Positions 1 to 10,255 of a DNA stretch of 64,000 nt are shown piece after piece. The position numbers were made by a program, and so were the translations under genes. The DNA lies in assembly GCA_963842525.1 (NCBI GenBank), contig CAWJGT010000009.1, positions 1,888,001 through 1,952,000 of the forward strand. The letters run 5' to 3'. The stretch is from an uncultured Holophagales bacterium. Its GTDB lineage: Bacteria > Acidobacteriota > Thermoanaerobaculia > Multivoradales > UBA5704. A model generated the notes under the pieces. That model searched no databases, had not been told where the DNA came from, and saw only the letters and a list, made by a program, of their open reading frames with translations. The first letter of the stretch is position 1. Each line of letters begins with the position of its first letter.

Positions 1-697
1 GCCGGGTCGTCCCAGGCGGCATCGAGACGGGCGATCTCCGCCTCCCGGCCGACGAAGTGCAGGCCGGGGATGGGCAGGCGGCCGAGGTCGAGAGAGGGGG
101 TGGTTTCTTCCCCTGGGACCGCGGGCGTCCCGCCCGCTCTCCACGAACTTGGGCCGGCGTTGAGCTGGCGGTAGCGCCTCGGTCGCTGGGAGTCTGAGCG
201 GGCGAGACGCCCGCGGTTCCAGGGTCCCCCGCCCTCCCGACTTCGAGCGCGTCCTGCTGCAACAGGTCCGCGATCTCTTCGGCAAGAGCGGAGAGGTCCT
301 CCTCGACCTCCGCCTTCCGGCTTTTCGAGAGAGGCCGGCCGTCGGTGGGTCGGCCTTGGATCTCTGCCAACCACGGGACCCGGCGCCACGGGCAGGGGCG
401 GACGATGAGCGGGATGATCCGCAGCCCATCCTTCGCGCGGCGCTGCAGGAGGCGAGGAACCTCCGTGCCGCGAATGAATTCCGAATTCAGGAAGTCGGCC
501 GAAATCAGCAGCACGGCGGCCTGGGCGTGCTCTATAGCCGTCTCGATCTCAGCGCGCCAGCCTTCGCCCGCGGCGATCCTCCGGTCGTCCCAGAGGTCGA
601 AGGCGCCCTCCCGCGCCAGGACGCGCAACTGGCTGACGACCTTGTCCTTCCAGGTCTCGTCGCGATGGCTGTAGCTGATGAAGACCTGGTCTCGCAT
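1..697 (-). CDS. TIR-domain protein followed by the start of a STAND/NB-ARC-type NTPase (partial, runs off the window; one frameshift)
   Basis: Manual translation from the ATG at 697 gives MRDQVFISYSHRDETWKDKVVSQLRVLAREGAFDLWDDRRIAAGEGWRAEIE...VLLISADFLNSEFIRGTEVPRLL (TIR). The FVGREAEIARLDAAWDDP motif at about 60-1 is in a different frame, implying an indel in the linker. Not in the supplied ORF track. Confidence 0.85.
   Translation of the reverse strand, partial: MRDQVFISYSHRDETWKDKVVSQLRVLAREGAFDLWDDRRIAAGEGWRAEIETAIEHAQAAVLLISADFLNSEFIRGTEVPRLLQRRAKDGLRIIPLIVRPCPWRRVPWLAEIQGRPTDGRPLSKSRKAEVEEDLSALAEEIADLLQQDALEVGRAGDPGTAGVSPAQTPSDRGATASSTPAQVRGERAGRPRSQGKKPPPLSTSAACPSPACTSSAGRRRSPVSMPPGTTR
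112..223. repeat. REP-like inverted repeat pair inside the TIR-STAND linker
   Basis: cctgggaccgcgggcgtcccgcccgctc (112-139) is the reverse complement of gagcgggcgagacgcccgcggttccagg (196-223) with 2 mismatches. Confidence 0.8.
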
Positions 698-754
698 GGG
701 GCTCTCGCTGGCTGAACAGGCAACTCCTTCATTATGCGCCAAACCGGGCGGCGG

Positions 755-1033
755 GTAGAGATGCCCCCGTCCGTGACCACGAAACGGCCGGGTGCAAACC
801 GTCGGGGCGTCTCACGGCCCCAGATTCCACCAACGCCGGCAGCACGCCGACGGCGATATGGTGCCTGCCAGGGGCGAATGGCTGGTAGGTGGCCGTCCCT
901 GCACACAGCGGCCCGGGGGATGGTTTGGTTGTTTCCTGCGCGAGAGCGAATCCGTTTTCGCCGGCGAGGCCTTGAGACGCCCCGACCAGGTGCACCCGGT
1001 AGATTTGTGGTTGCGGACTGGGGGCGTCTCTAC
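755..1033. repeat. GTAG-type REP pair (REPIN-like) related to the RAYT-flanking REPs
   Basis: gtagagatgcccc...ggggcgtctc (755-813) and an inverted copy gagacgcccc...ggggcgtctctac (974-1033); same arms as the gtagagacgcccc REPs at 32037 and 32856. Confidence 0.7.
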
Positions 1034-1320
1034 CGCAGCGTCACAATCCTTCGCCGCAGCGCGCGTGTCCATGCCGCAGAGGCAGGGTACTTGCCGCGCC
1101 GCACGCGACTTTGCCGCAACGTTCTCGTCTCTGCCGCAGAGCCAAGGTACTTTGCCCGCGTCGTACGTGTCTCTGCCGCAATGCACAGGTTGCCGCCGCA
1201 GCGTGCGTGGCTCTACCGCAGGGGAGTCTCCTCTGCCGCAATGTGCTCGTCTTCTACCGCAGAGGTCTGGTACCGTGCCGCGCAGTACACGTCCCTGCCG
1301 CAATGTAACCTGCCCCCGCA
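1031..1320. repeat. Phased array of a YRCCGCR motif every 20-21 bp with variable spacers
   Basis: Motif starts at 1031, 1052, 1072, 1092, 1112, 1132, 1153, 1174, 1194, 1214, 1234, 1255, 1276 and 1296. Confidence 0.85.
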
Positions 1321-1386
1321 GGGCGGGATAGGGGTGAGGTTCCTCGGCACCTTGTAGAATAGGCGGTGACTTTGGGAGGGATCGGG

Positions 1387-2679
1387 ATGCGAAAGAGGAT
1401 CTGGCTGCTGGGCGGGATGACACTGTTGGTGCTGGCAGGAGGCCCCGCGGTTGTCGCGGCACAGCCCTCCGCGGAGCTGATCGAGCGGGCGCGGCGGCTG
1501 CTGCGCGAGACGCCGCTCGTCGACGGGCACAACGACCTCCCGTGGGAGCTGCGCCAGCGGGTGCAGAACCACCTGGACAAGCTCGACCTGAACGCGGACA
1601 CCAGCCGGCTCGAGAGGCCGATGCACACCGATATCCCGCGCCTGCGCCAGGGCGGCGTGGGGGCGCAGTTCTGGTCGGTCTACATCCCCGCCGACGTGGC
1701 CGGGCCGGCGGCGATCCGCACGGTCCTCGAGCAGATCGACGTCGTCCACCGTCTGGCCGAGCGCTATCCGGACGCCTTCGAGATCGCTCTCACCGCCGAC
1801 GACGCCGTACGCATCCACAAGGCGGGCCGGATCGCCTCCCTGATCGGCATGGAAGGAGGGCACTCGATCGACAACTCGCTGGCCACCCTCCGCCAGCTCT
1901 ACGCGGCCGGCGCCCGCTACATGACGCTGACGCACTCCAAGAACAACGACTGGGCCGACTCCGGGACCGATGCACCCAAGCACGGCGGCCTGAGCCGCTT
2001 CGGCGAGGAGGTGGTGCGGGAGATGAACCGCCTCGGCATGCTGGTGGACCTCTCGCACGTCTCCCCCGAGACGATGAAGGACGCGATGGCGGTCTCCTCA
2101 GCACCGGCCATTTTTTCCCACTCTTCAGCGCGCGCCGTGGATGCCCATCCGCGCAATGTGCCCGACGACGTGCTGCGGATGCTCCCGCAGGAGGGTGGAG
2201 TGGTCATGGTGACCTTCGTGCCGTCGTTCGTCTCCGAGGAGGTCCGGGCCTGGAGCGCCGCGGACGACGCCGAGGAGGCACGGCTCAAGGCGCTCCATCC
2301 GGACGATCCGGACCGGGTCAAGAGCGGGCTCGAAACCTGGCGCCAGGCTCATCCAACACCGAGGGCGACGCTCGCGCAGGTGGCCGATCACATCGAGCAC
2401 GTGCGCAAGATCGCGGGCATCGACCACGTGGGCATCGGCTCGGACTTCGACGGCATCACCAGCGTGCCCGTGGGGCTTGAGGGGGTGGACGACTATCCCG
2501 TCCTGCTCGCCGAGCTGATGCGCCGCGGCTGGAGCGACGAAGAGATCGGCAAGCTCGCCGGGCAGAACCTGCTGCGCACCCTGCGCGAGACCGAACGGGT
2601 CGCGGCCCGGCTGCGCAAGGAGAGGGCTGCCTCGGATGCGCTGATCGAGGAGCTGGACCAAAAGGCGCCGCCGCCATAA
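1387..2679 (+). CDS. Membrane dipeptidase (peptidase M19), signal peptide
   Basis: DGHNDLP, GAQFWSVY, GMEGGH, YMTLTH, MLVDLSHVS, FSHSS and HVGIGSDFDG motifs. Confidence 0.95.
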   Translation: MRKRIWLLGGMTLLVLAGGPAVVAAQPSAELIERARRLLRETPLVDGHNDLPWELRQRVQNHLDKLDLNADTSRLERPMHTDIPRLRQGGVGAQFWSVYIPADVAGPAAIRTVLEQIDVVHRLAERYPDAFEIALTADDAVRIHKAGRIASLIGMEGGHSIDNSLATLRQLYAAGARYMTLTHSKNNDWADSGTDAPKHGGLSRFGEEVVREMNRLGMLVDLSHVSPETMKDAMAVSSAPAIFSHSSARAVDAHPRNVPDDVLRMLPQEGGVVMVTFVPSFVSEEVRAWSAADDAEEARLKALHPDDPDRVKSGLETWRQAHPTPRATLAQVADHIEHVRKIAGIDHVGIGSDFDGITSVPVGLEGVDDYPVLLAELMRRGWSDEEIGKLAGQNLLRTLRETERVAARLRKERAASDALIEELDQKAPPP

Positions 2680-2802
2680 ATCAATCCCCCTCTCCCGGTC
2701 GGGGTGAGGACGGCACGCCCTTTGCTTGAACGCCCACATTGAGCGCGGGGGTCGGGAGAGTGCATTCCGCGATCGCTCGGCCCCGCCGGAGGGATTCGAG
2801 CG

Positions 2803-5462
2803 ATGCGCACGCGTTGGATTTCCCGATCGATCTGCGCTGCCAGCCTGCTCTGTCTCCTCTCTCCCGGACACACCTTTGCCGATGCGGGAGGTATCCCGGC
2901 GGATCGCATCGCGGCCTGGACCGAGGAAGAGGTGGAGTTCCTTGCCACGGCCCGCGAACGCGAAAAGCTCCGCGAGCTGACGGGTGAGAGCGAGCGTGAG
3001 ATGTTCATGCAGGGCTTCTGGCAGGCCCGCGACCCCTATCCCCAGACCCCCCGCAACGAATTGCGCGAAGAGTGGGAGAGCCGGATGCAGACCATGCATC
3101 AACGGTGGGGGAGCCTGCAGGACGACCGTTCGCGGGTCTTCCTGCTGCAAGGCGAGCCCACGACGGCCTTTGCGGCGAGCTGCCCGGGCTCCGGGACCTT
3201 CGAGGTCTGGGTCTACGAGCCCCGGTTCCGGGCCAAGTACCGGACCGTGCTGATCTTCCAGGGGGATGGAGCGGGAGCTCCCGCCCGGCTGTGGCAGCCC
3301 GGGCCGGGTGCAATCGACCTCGCGGCGATCGCAGCCACCGCAGCCATCGCGACCGACGCGACCGATGCCTGCACCAACCGGGACAAGCTCGCCGAGGAGG
3401 CCAAGATGGGTCCGCTGGGCAGGGACGGAGCACTACAAAGCCACGATGGAGCGGGCCCTCGCCAAGCCGCGCCCCCGCGAATGGATCTCCTCCTTCCAGC
3501 CCATCACGGTGGACGCTCCGCAACAAGGAGCGACCTTGGACGCCGGACTGTACGTCGAGTTTGCCGGCCGGCTCCAGGACAAGGTGGTCGTGCGCGTGCT
3601 GCTGGCCGTAGCGCCGGAATCGCTGCCGCAGGGACAGACGGTGCCAGTCCGCAACGAGCACGAATTTCTCCTCGCGGGCCGGGTCCTCTCGAGCGCCGGA
3701 TCGCCTGAAAGCTTCCTCTACCGCTTCCGCGCCAAGCCGCGTGTGGCGACAGCGGGCCGGCAGGCGATCCCGTTGACGTTCGAGCGCTATCTCTCCCCGG
3801 GCCGCTATCAGTTGCGGGTGAAGCTGCAGCACCTGCCGACGAAGAGCTACTTCGTGAGAGAGCGGGAGATCGAGGTGCCGGAGGTCCAGGTGGCGAAGGC
3901 CCATCCTGTCAGCCCGCCGCCCGCGGCGCCCGCAGCGCCCGCAGCGCCCGTAGCGATCATCCCGCTCGCGACGTCCACCGTCGCTCCAGCGGCGCTCCAT
4001 GCCCAGACCGCCCCGGCCGCGTCGCCGGTGCCCGCCGTAGAGCCGCCCGAGCTTCTCCCGGCTCTATGCCGAGGCCGACTCCTCGCTCTCGGCGAGCCGT
4101 CCAGGCCTGCGGCTCCTGGTGCCGCCCGGCGCCCTGCTCACCGGCAATGTGCGCTTCGCGGCGCGGGTGGACTACGCTCCCGGCCTGGCACCGGAGCAGC
4201 AGATCCACAAGGTCGCCTTCTCCCTGGACGGCAAGCGGCTCCTCGTCCGCAACAACCCGCCCTACGAGATGGCGGTGGACCTCGGGCCGCTGCCGCGCCC
4301 GCAGCGGCTCCGGGTCGAGGGGCTGGGCGCCGGGGGTGAGGTGCTGGTCACCGACGAGGTCCCGATCAACACCGGCGCGCAGCAGTTCCGGGTCCGCCTG
4401 CTGGAGCCTCGCCAGGGAGTCGCCTACCGCGAAAGCCTGCGCGCCCGGGCCGCCGTCGAGGCGCCGGACGGCGCCAAGGTCGAGCGGCTGGAGCTCTATC
4501 TCGGCGAGGATCTGATCGCGACGCTCTACCAGCCGCCGTACGCGCTGCCGATCGCGCTGTCGCAAGCGGGCGAGGTGGGCTATGTGCGCGCCGTGGCCTA
4601 CCTGGCCGGCGGCGGGGCCGCCGAGGACATCGTGCTGCTCAACGTGCCCGACCCTCCGGACCAGATGGACGTCCACATGGTCGAGCTGTACACGACCATC
4701 GTCGACAAAACGGGGCGGCCGGTCACGGCCGGCTTCGGGCCGGACAAGCTCACGGTCCTCGAAGACGGGGTCCGGCAGTCGATCCGGCAGGTCGACCAGG
4801 TTGGGGACACGCCGGTCCGCCTGGTGACCCTGATCGACACCTCGGGCTCGATGCGCGGCCAGATGGACGCCACCCGGCAGGCGGCGCTCGGCTTCCTGCG
4901 CCGAACGCTGCGGCCGCGCGACCAGGCGGCGGTGATCACCTTCAACACCTCGCCCCAAGTGTCGGTCCCGCTGACCAACGACCTCGCGATGCTGGAGGAG
5001 GGGCTCACCGGCCTGCTCGCGGAGGAGGACACCTCGCTCTACGACAGCCTCGTCTACTCCCTCTACTACCTGACCGGAGCCCGGGGGCAGCGGGCGGTCC
5101 TGCTGCTTTCCGACGGCCTCGACCGTTCGAGCCGCTACACCTTCGAGCAGGCCGTGGAGTGTGCCCGGCGGGCAGGCATCACCGTCTACGCCGTCGGCCT
5201 GGGCCTGCCGGACGGCCCTGACGGTGAGCCGGCAAGGAAGCTGAAGCAGCTCACCGAGGTGACCGGAGGGCAGAGCTTCTTCGCCGCCAATACCGGGGAG
5301 CTCGACGGCATCTACGAGGCGATCGAGAAGGATCTGCGCTCCCAGTACCGGATCGCCTACCAGTCCACCAACACGGCGCCGAAGGGCCCCTTCCGCACCG
5401 TCCAGGTCAAAGTGGCCCAGAACGGCCTCGACGCGCGGACGATCAGCGGGTATTACCCGTAA
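2803..5462 (+). CDS. Secreted GWxTD-like domain / Ig-like / VWA domain protein (frameshifted; ORFs 2803, 3266 and 4119 stitched)
   Basis: Signal peptide; FWQARDPYPQTPRNE and DDRSRVFLLQGEP (GWxTD-domain-like); C-terminal VWA with MIDAS DTSGS, TSLYD, LLSDG and LRSQYRIAY. Confidence 0.8.
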
Positions 5463-5513
5463 GCCCTCTCCCCCTGACCCCCTCTCCCGCGGGTGCGGGA
5501 GAGGGGGAACGCT

Positions 5514-5921
5514 TCACGCCCCCACATGCACTAGCACATTGCGCTGGCTGCGGAAGCGGCGGTGCTCCCAGAGATAGATTCCCTGCCAGGTGCCGAGGCC
5601 GAGGCGGCTGTCGAGGACGGGAATCGAAAGCGAGCTGGCGGTGAGGGCTGCCTTGACGTGCGACGGCATGTCGTCCGGCCCTTCCGCCGTGTGGGTATAG
5701 AGCGGATCGTTCTCCGGCACCAGCCGGTTCAGCCACCGTTCGAGGTCGCGCCGCGCCGACGGATCGGCGTTCTCCTGGATCACCAGGCTGGCCGACGTGT
5801 GCTGGAGGAACACCGTGCAGAGCCCCTCCTGCACGCCGCTCTCGCGCACCACCTCCGCGATCTCGCGGGTGATCTCGTGCAGGCCCTGGCCGGCGATGGT
5901 CACGGAAAGCTTTTTCACCAT
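5514..5921 (-). CDS. yjbQ: YjbQ / UPF0047 secondary thiamine-phosphate synthase family
   Basis: HTSASLVIQENADP, EGPDDMPSHVK and LGTWQGIYLWEHR motifs. Confidence 0.95.
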   Translation of the reverse strand: MVKKLSVTIAGQGLHEITREIAEVVRESGVQEGLCTVFLQHTSASLVIQENADPSARRDLERWLNRLVPENDPLYTHTAEGPDDMPSHVKAALTASSLSIPVLDSRLGLGTWQGIYLWEHRRFRSQRNVLVHVGA

Positions 5922-5974
5922 GGGTGACTCCCAGAGGCCGTGACCTTAGGGGACTTCCGGGTTCGCGTCAATCC

Positions 5975-7405
5975 TCACCCTCCGCCCCCGCAGAACGTCG
6001 GCGGGTGGGGCTCCGAGGCGCGGCTGAGCTGGAAGCTGTAGTCGGCCGCGAACGTCGGATTGGGCCCGGACAGGCTGCTGCAGGCGATCGGCGCGCTCTG
6101 GTGGCAGTCCAGACACGAATGGGTCTGGACGTAGGTCTCGGCTGTCAGATTGGACAGCCCGGTCGTCGGCGCCGCGGCTCCCTGACTCAAAGGTGTAATG
6201 CCTCCCACCGGAAACCCTTCGCCGGATTGTGGCCACAGGGCGTTCACCAGCCGGTAGTTGAGGAAGACCGACTTCGGATTGGCCTTGCGGATGGCAGCGT
6301 GGACGCCGTCGTTGAGGGTTTTTACATAGCCCGGGATGGGCACCTCGCGGACCACCTGGATGGGGACATCGCGCTTGTCGCCCGGCTGGGGCTTGCGGTT
6401 CGGTTGGCACTGCGGGCTTCCCGCAGGCTCACAGCGTGGATTGTAAAAGTGATAGGGCGGGCTCAGATGGCTCGTCGCCACCTCGACACGGTCCGGCGCG
6501 TTCTTGATGTGCTCGAAGGTGGCCCAGGTCCAGTTGGGCATGGTCGACGTTTTGTGAATGATGTGCAGGCCCACGAGCCCCATCTTCGCAGGCCGGCAGC
6601 GCCCATTTGGCTCGACGAGCACCGCGTCCATCATCAGGAACTGGTCCCATTGCGAGCGGTCCACCTCCAGCCAGGCCGCTTTGATCTCGATGGCACCTGT
6701 CGGACCATAGCGCGTCGCGCTGGCAGGCAGGTCGATCCCCTGGCCGCCGGACTGGACGGCGGCGTACTGGTTGCGGGCGTCATAGAACTGGTTCTGCGGA
6801 TCGACGATGTAGTTGAAGAAGTCCTGGTTGAGCCGGACCTCGTAATAGACGTTTTTGCGGTTCTGCGCCGTCAGCCAGGCCGGGGGCCGGACGCCCGCCT
6901 CCTGGACCTCGTCCAGCACCTGCCGGCCGATCAGGTCCTCGGAGAACTTCGAGGTCATGGACAGCGTGTGATAGCCCACGCTTTTGGTGAGCACCAGCCC
7001 GTTGGTGGGGCAGCCGGCCGGCGCGTCCTGCGGATCACCCCAGGGCGTGGGGACCGCGCCGCCGGGAGGAAACACCTCCGAGGCCTCCTTGAAGGTCTCC
7101 CACACTACGGGATCGAAGCCGGTCGAACCGAAGGTACCCGGCCCGGCCGTCCGGTCCGGCTGGCCGGGGGCGCCGGCTTTCCAGTTGAGAGCGATGAACT
7201 CCTGCCAGGCGAAGCAGTTGACGTCCGGTTGCTCGGTCAGGGTCGCGTCGGCCGGCAGGTCGGGAGCGATCTTCGGAAAGGTGATGCAGGTGTTGGCGGA
7301 GGCGCCGCCGGGCGTGCCCGCGGGGGTGTTGGCAGAACCGGCGGACCGCAGCCCGAGAGCGGCGAAGGGGACGAGGGTCGCGAGGAGCAGCAGCTTTCTG
7401 ATCAT
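5975..7405 (-). CDS. Secreted hypothetical protein with a C-terminal c-type heme motif
   Basis: Signal peptide; FAWQEFIALNW, IEIKAAW, LVGLHIIHKT and WATFEH blocks; SCLDCH (CxxCH) near the C-terminus. Confidence 0.75.
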   Translation of the reverse strand: MIRKLLLLATLVPFAALGLRSAGSANTPAGTPGGASANTCITFPKIAPDLPADATLTEQPDVNCFAWQEFIALNWKAGAPGQPDRTAGPGTFGSTGFDPVVWETFKEASEVFPPGGAVPTPWGDPQDAPAGCPTNGLVLTKSVGYHTLSMTSKFSEDLIGRQVLDEVQEAGVRPPAWLTAQNRKNVYYEVRLNQDFFNYIVDPQNQFYDARNQYAAVQSGGQGIDLPASATRYGPTGAIEIKAAWLEVDRSQWDQFLMMDAVLVEPNGRCRPAKMGLVGLHIIHKTSTMPNWTWATFEHIKNAPDRVEVATSHLSPPYHFYNPRCEPAGSPQCQPNRKPQPGDKRDVPIQVVREVPIPGYVKTLNDGVHAAIRKANPKSVFLNYRLVNALWPQSGEGFPVGGITPLSQGAAAPTTGLSNLTAETYVQTHSCLDCHQSAPIACSSLSGPNPTFAADYSFQLSRASEPHPPTFCGGGG

Positions 7406-7422
7406 GTTTTCGTCTCCCAGGC

Positions 7423-9225
7423 TTACTCGATCACAGTGACGAAGGCGGGCGCCGCCGCGTTATAGGTCGTACCCAGCAGGAGGCTGCGCTGCCCCGTGGG
7501 CGCATCGGACGCGACTTCGAGGTCGAGGACGAAAATGTTGTACGTGCCGCCGTTGGTGTTGCCCGGCACGTGATAGCGCTCGTTCTCCAGGAACTGCCGC
7601 ACTTTGACCTGGATGCCGCCGCCGGGAAAGGTGATGGCCGTATCGGAGCTCGTCCCGGTGGTCACCAACGCCATGTTTTTCAGGCTCTGTCCCCGCTTGA
7701 TCACGGGCGCCGCCATGCTGCTGTCGCCGCTGATGTTTGCGGCCAGGTACGCCCGCATCACATCGAAGGCGATGAGCTGGGCTGGCGCCGGCCGGTTCGG
7801 GGCCGGGTCCTCGGCAGTGGGGCAGCCAAGCGGCGTCTGCGGCGACGGCACGTTGCACGGCGGGATGAGCGTGCCATAGAGCCCGACCTGGAACGTCTGG
7901 GCGATCTGCGAGCCCCATTGCAGCGGCCTGCCGTTGATCCGGATGCGGCTGAGGTCCAGGTCCTTGCGGCCGTCCGGCGCACGGAAGACCGCGTGCAGCC
8001 CCATGCCGGGTACGCCCCTCTCGAGGTGCCAGAACTGCTGTGCCGTGAGTCCCGCGCGGAGCCACTCGGCCGGCAGCTCGACGTTCTCGAAGTCGGGCTC
8101 CTGGATGTAGAGGCCCACCGGGTTGGCGATCGAGATCTGCATGTTGAGAGCGCCGACCGCCTCGTTGATCGTGTAGCCGATGTGGGGATCGCTGTGGCGG
8201 AACGACTGGCCGTAGGGAGTGCAGCAGATCACGTCCTGGGGATTCGCGTTCTCCGTGCGCTGGATCGTCGCCGCGGCCCCGAGTCCGATCTCCGCCGGCA
8301 GGCTGTTGGGCGGGCTGGTCAGATGGACCGCGCCGCCCGAGTCTGGCAGCAGCCGCGTCGAATTGTTCCATTTGTTGAGCGGGTTGTAAGCGATCTGGCC
8401 GATGGTCGGATCGTGGACCGGTTTGCCTGCGGTATCGAGGAGGTAGAGGTCCTCCATCGTCACCTTCGGGCTGACGAGCGTCTTGTATAGCTCCAGGACT
8501 TTTCCCGGGCTCACCGTCCAGAGCGCGAACCAGTATTCGGCGTTCTCGCAGGTGAACATCACGCGCACGATCTTGCCGCCCGCGTCCCGTTCGACCGCCC
8601 ATTCGCAGTACTCGTCCATCCAGCCCCGCGCGCCCGCCGGCCCATAGGGCATCGTGGGTTGCGGCGTCGAGCTGATGTAGGGGCAGACGTTCTGGGGGAT
8701 CGGCGGGAGAAAGGTTTTTGCGGCGTCGGGGATCGGCGACGGCAGCGTGCCCGGGTCGAAGACGAAGCCGTTGTCCGCGAACGCGAAGAGCTGGTCCTGT
8801 GTGAAGTAATACTGCGGCGGCCCGAGATAGGTGGTGATCCGGTTGGGAAAGGCGATCCACTCCACCAACCTGGTGATCGACTGCGGCGGAGGAGGGATGG
8901 GCGTCGTCAGCGGGTTGTAGTAATAGCTTCGTGGCGAGTCGAGGTTGGAGGTCCAGGGGTTGCCGGTGATGGCCTGCTCGGTCCACCCATTGACGTTCAG
9001 GTTCCAGCGCCAATGGAGCGCATCGCGCTGCGGGCCGGGAGGGAAGTCCTCCCAATTCGCCGGCGTGTTGAAGGCCGCGAGCGTCTTGCCCGGACACTTC
9101 GTGCCTTGTGAGGCCGCCTGGGCGGCGGCGAAGGCGATGCGCGGCAACGCCCCTCCTGCGCCGGCCGCCAGCGCCGCTCCGCCCGCCAGCCGTAGCAGGC
9201 TGCGGCGCGTCAAGTGATTCGACAT
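7423..9225 (-). CDS. Tat-exported hypothetical protein
   Basis: LTRRSLL twin-arginine signal; 600 aa ORF with GWMDEYCEW, FTCENAEYW and HSDPHIG blocks; ends 17 bp upstream of the heme-protein gene. Confidence 0.75.
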   Translation of the reverse strand: MSNHLTRRSLLRLAGGAALAAGAGGALPRIAFAAAQAASQGTKCPGKTLAAFNTPANWEDFPPGPQRDALHWRWNLNVNGWTEQAITGNPWTSNLDSPRSYYYNPLTTPIPPPPQSITRLVEWIAFPNRITTYLGPPQYYFTQDQLFAFADNGFVFDPGTLPSPIPDAAKTFLPPIPQNVCPYISSTPQPTMPYGPAGARGWMDEYCEWAVERDAGGKIVRVMFTCENAEYWFALWTVSPGKVLELYKTLVSPKVTMEDLYLLDTAGKPVHDPTIGQIAYNPLNKWNNSTRLLPDSGGAVHLTSPPNSLPAEIGLGAAATIQRTENANPQDVICCTPYGQSFRHSDPHIGYTINEAVGALNMQISIANPVGLYIQEPDFENVELPAEWLRAGLTAQQFWHLERGVPGMGLHAVFRAPDGRKDLDLSRIRINGRPLQWGSQIAQTFQVGLYGTLIPPCNVPSPQTPLGCPTAEDPAPNRPAPAQLIAFDVMRAYLAANISGDSSMAAPVIKRGQSLKNMALVTTGTSSDTAITFPGGGIQVKVRQFLENERYHVPGNTNGGTYNIFVLDLEVASDAPTGQRSLLLGTTYNAAAPAFVTVIE

Positions 9226-9527
9226 GACGAGGTCTCCTTTTCAGTCCCTCACAGTAGAGCCTGCCGACAGGGCATCTCCAAAGACCGTGCCCGCGCCGGC
9301 GAGCCGGGGAAGAATCGCTGAAAGCCTTGCGGTCTCAGAGTTTACGAGGAATCGAGCCGGGCCGAGGCTGGAGTGTCTGAGCCGTGTCATCCGTGTCCCG
9401 ACGTGTCGGTGTCATGTCGGGGCCGTCGTTGGGCAGGCCGCGGAGATGGGTCGGATGGTATCATCTGGATGTACGAGTTGCGCCGCAGCGCGTCCCTGTG
9501 ATCTGATTCGAGACCATCGGGGAGAGG

Positions 9528-10241
9528 ATGGCACGCATGACCGCATTTCCCCTCGAGCAACCGATCCACTATCCGGAATCCGACGGCCAGCCCATGGCGG
9601 AAAGCGACCTCCATCGCGACGAGATGGTGTATTTCATCGACGCGCTGAAGGACCATTTTGGCGACGATCCCCTCGTCTACATAGCCGGCAACCTGTTCCT
9701 CTACTACGAGAAGGGGAGGCCCAGGTCGGTGGTGGCTCCGGATGTCTTCGTCGTGCGAGGGGTCCCGAAAAGACAGCGCAGGGTCTACAAGCTATGGGAG
9801 GAGGGCGTGCCTCCGTGCCTGGTCGTGGAGGTGACCTCCGAAAGCACCCGCAACGAGGATCTCGGGACCAAGAGGGATCGCTATGAGCAGCTCGGGGTGG
9901 AGGAGTACTTCCTGTACGACCCCACGGCAGACTACCTCCCGACCCGGCTCGAAGGTCTGCGTCTCGTCAAAGGCCGGTACCGGGAGCTGCCCCACGAGCC
10001 GGACGGATCGCTCCTCAGCCGGACGACCGGCGTACGGCTCGTCCTCGAAGAGCCGCTCGTCCGGCTCGTGGACGCTGTGACTGGAAAACGCCTCCTCAGG
10101 TCCGAAGAGAAAAACGCCGCAATCCAGGCAGCAGAGGCCCGCGCCCGGTCTGCGGAAGCCCGCGCGGAGGAGGAGACGGCGGCCCGCCGCGTCCTGGAAC
10201 AGGAGCTAGAGCGCCTCCGGCGCCAGCTCCGCAGGGTGTAG
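9528..10241 (+). CDS. Uma2 family (DUF820) PD-(D/E)XK endonuclease-like protein
   Basis: YPESDGQPMAES, VAPDVFVV, VVEVTSEST and GVEEYFLYDP motifs; coiled-coil tail. Confidence 0.93.
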   Translation: MARMTAFPLEQPIHYPESDGQPMAESDLHRDEMVYFIDALKDHFGDDPLVYIAGNLFLYYEKGRPRSVVAPDVFVVRGVPKRQRRVYKLWEEGVPPCLVVEVTSESTRNEDLGTKRDRYEQLGVEEYFLYDPTADYLPTRLEGLRLVKGRYRELPHEPDGSLLSRTTGVRLVLEEPLVRLVDAVTGKRLLRSEEKNAAIQAAEARARSAEARAEEETAARRVLEQELERLRRQLRRV

Positions 10242-10255
10242 AAAGCGAAAACACC

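Noticed and set aside
732-1462. Overlapping small ORFs across the 1031-1320 array
   Set aside because: Mixed 20/21 bp steps and REP content argue against coding, and there are no recognisable motifs.
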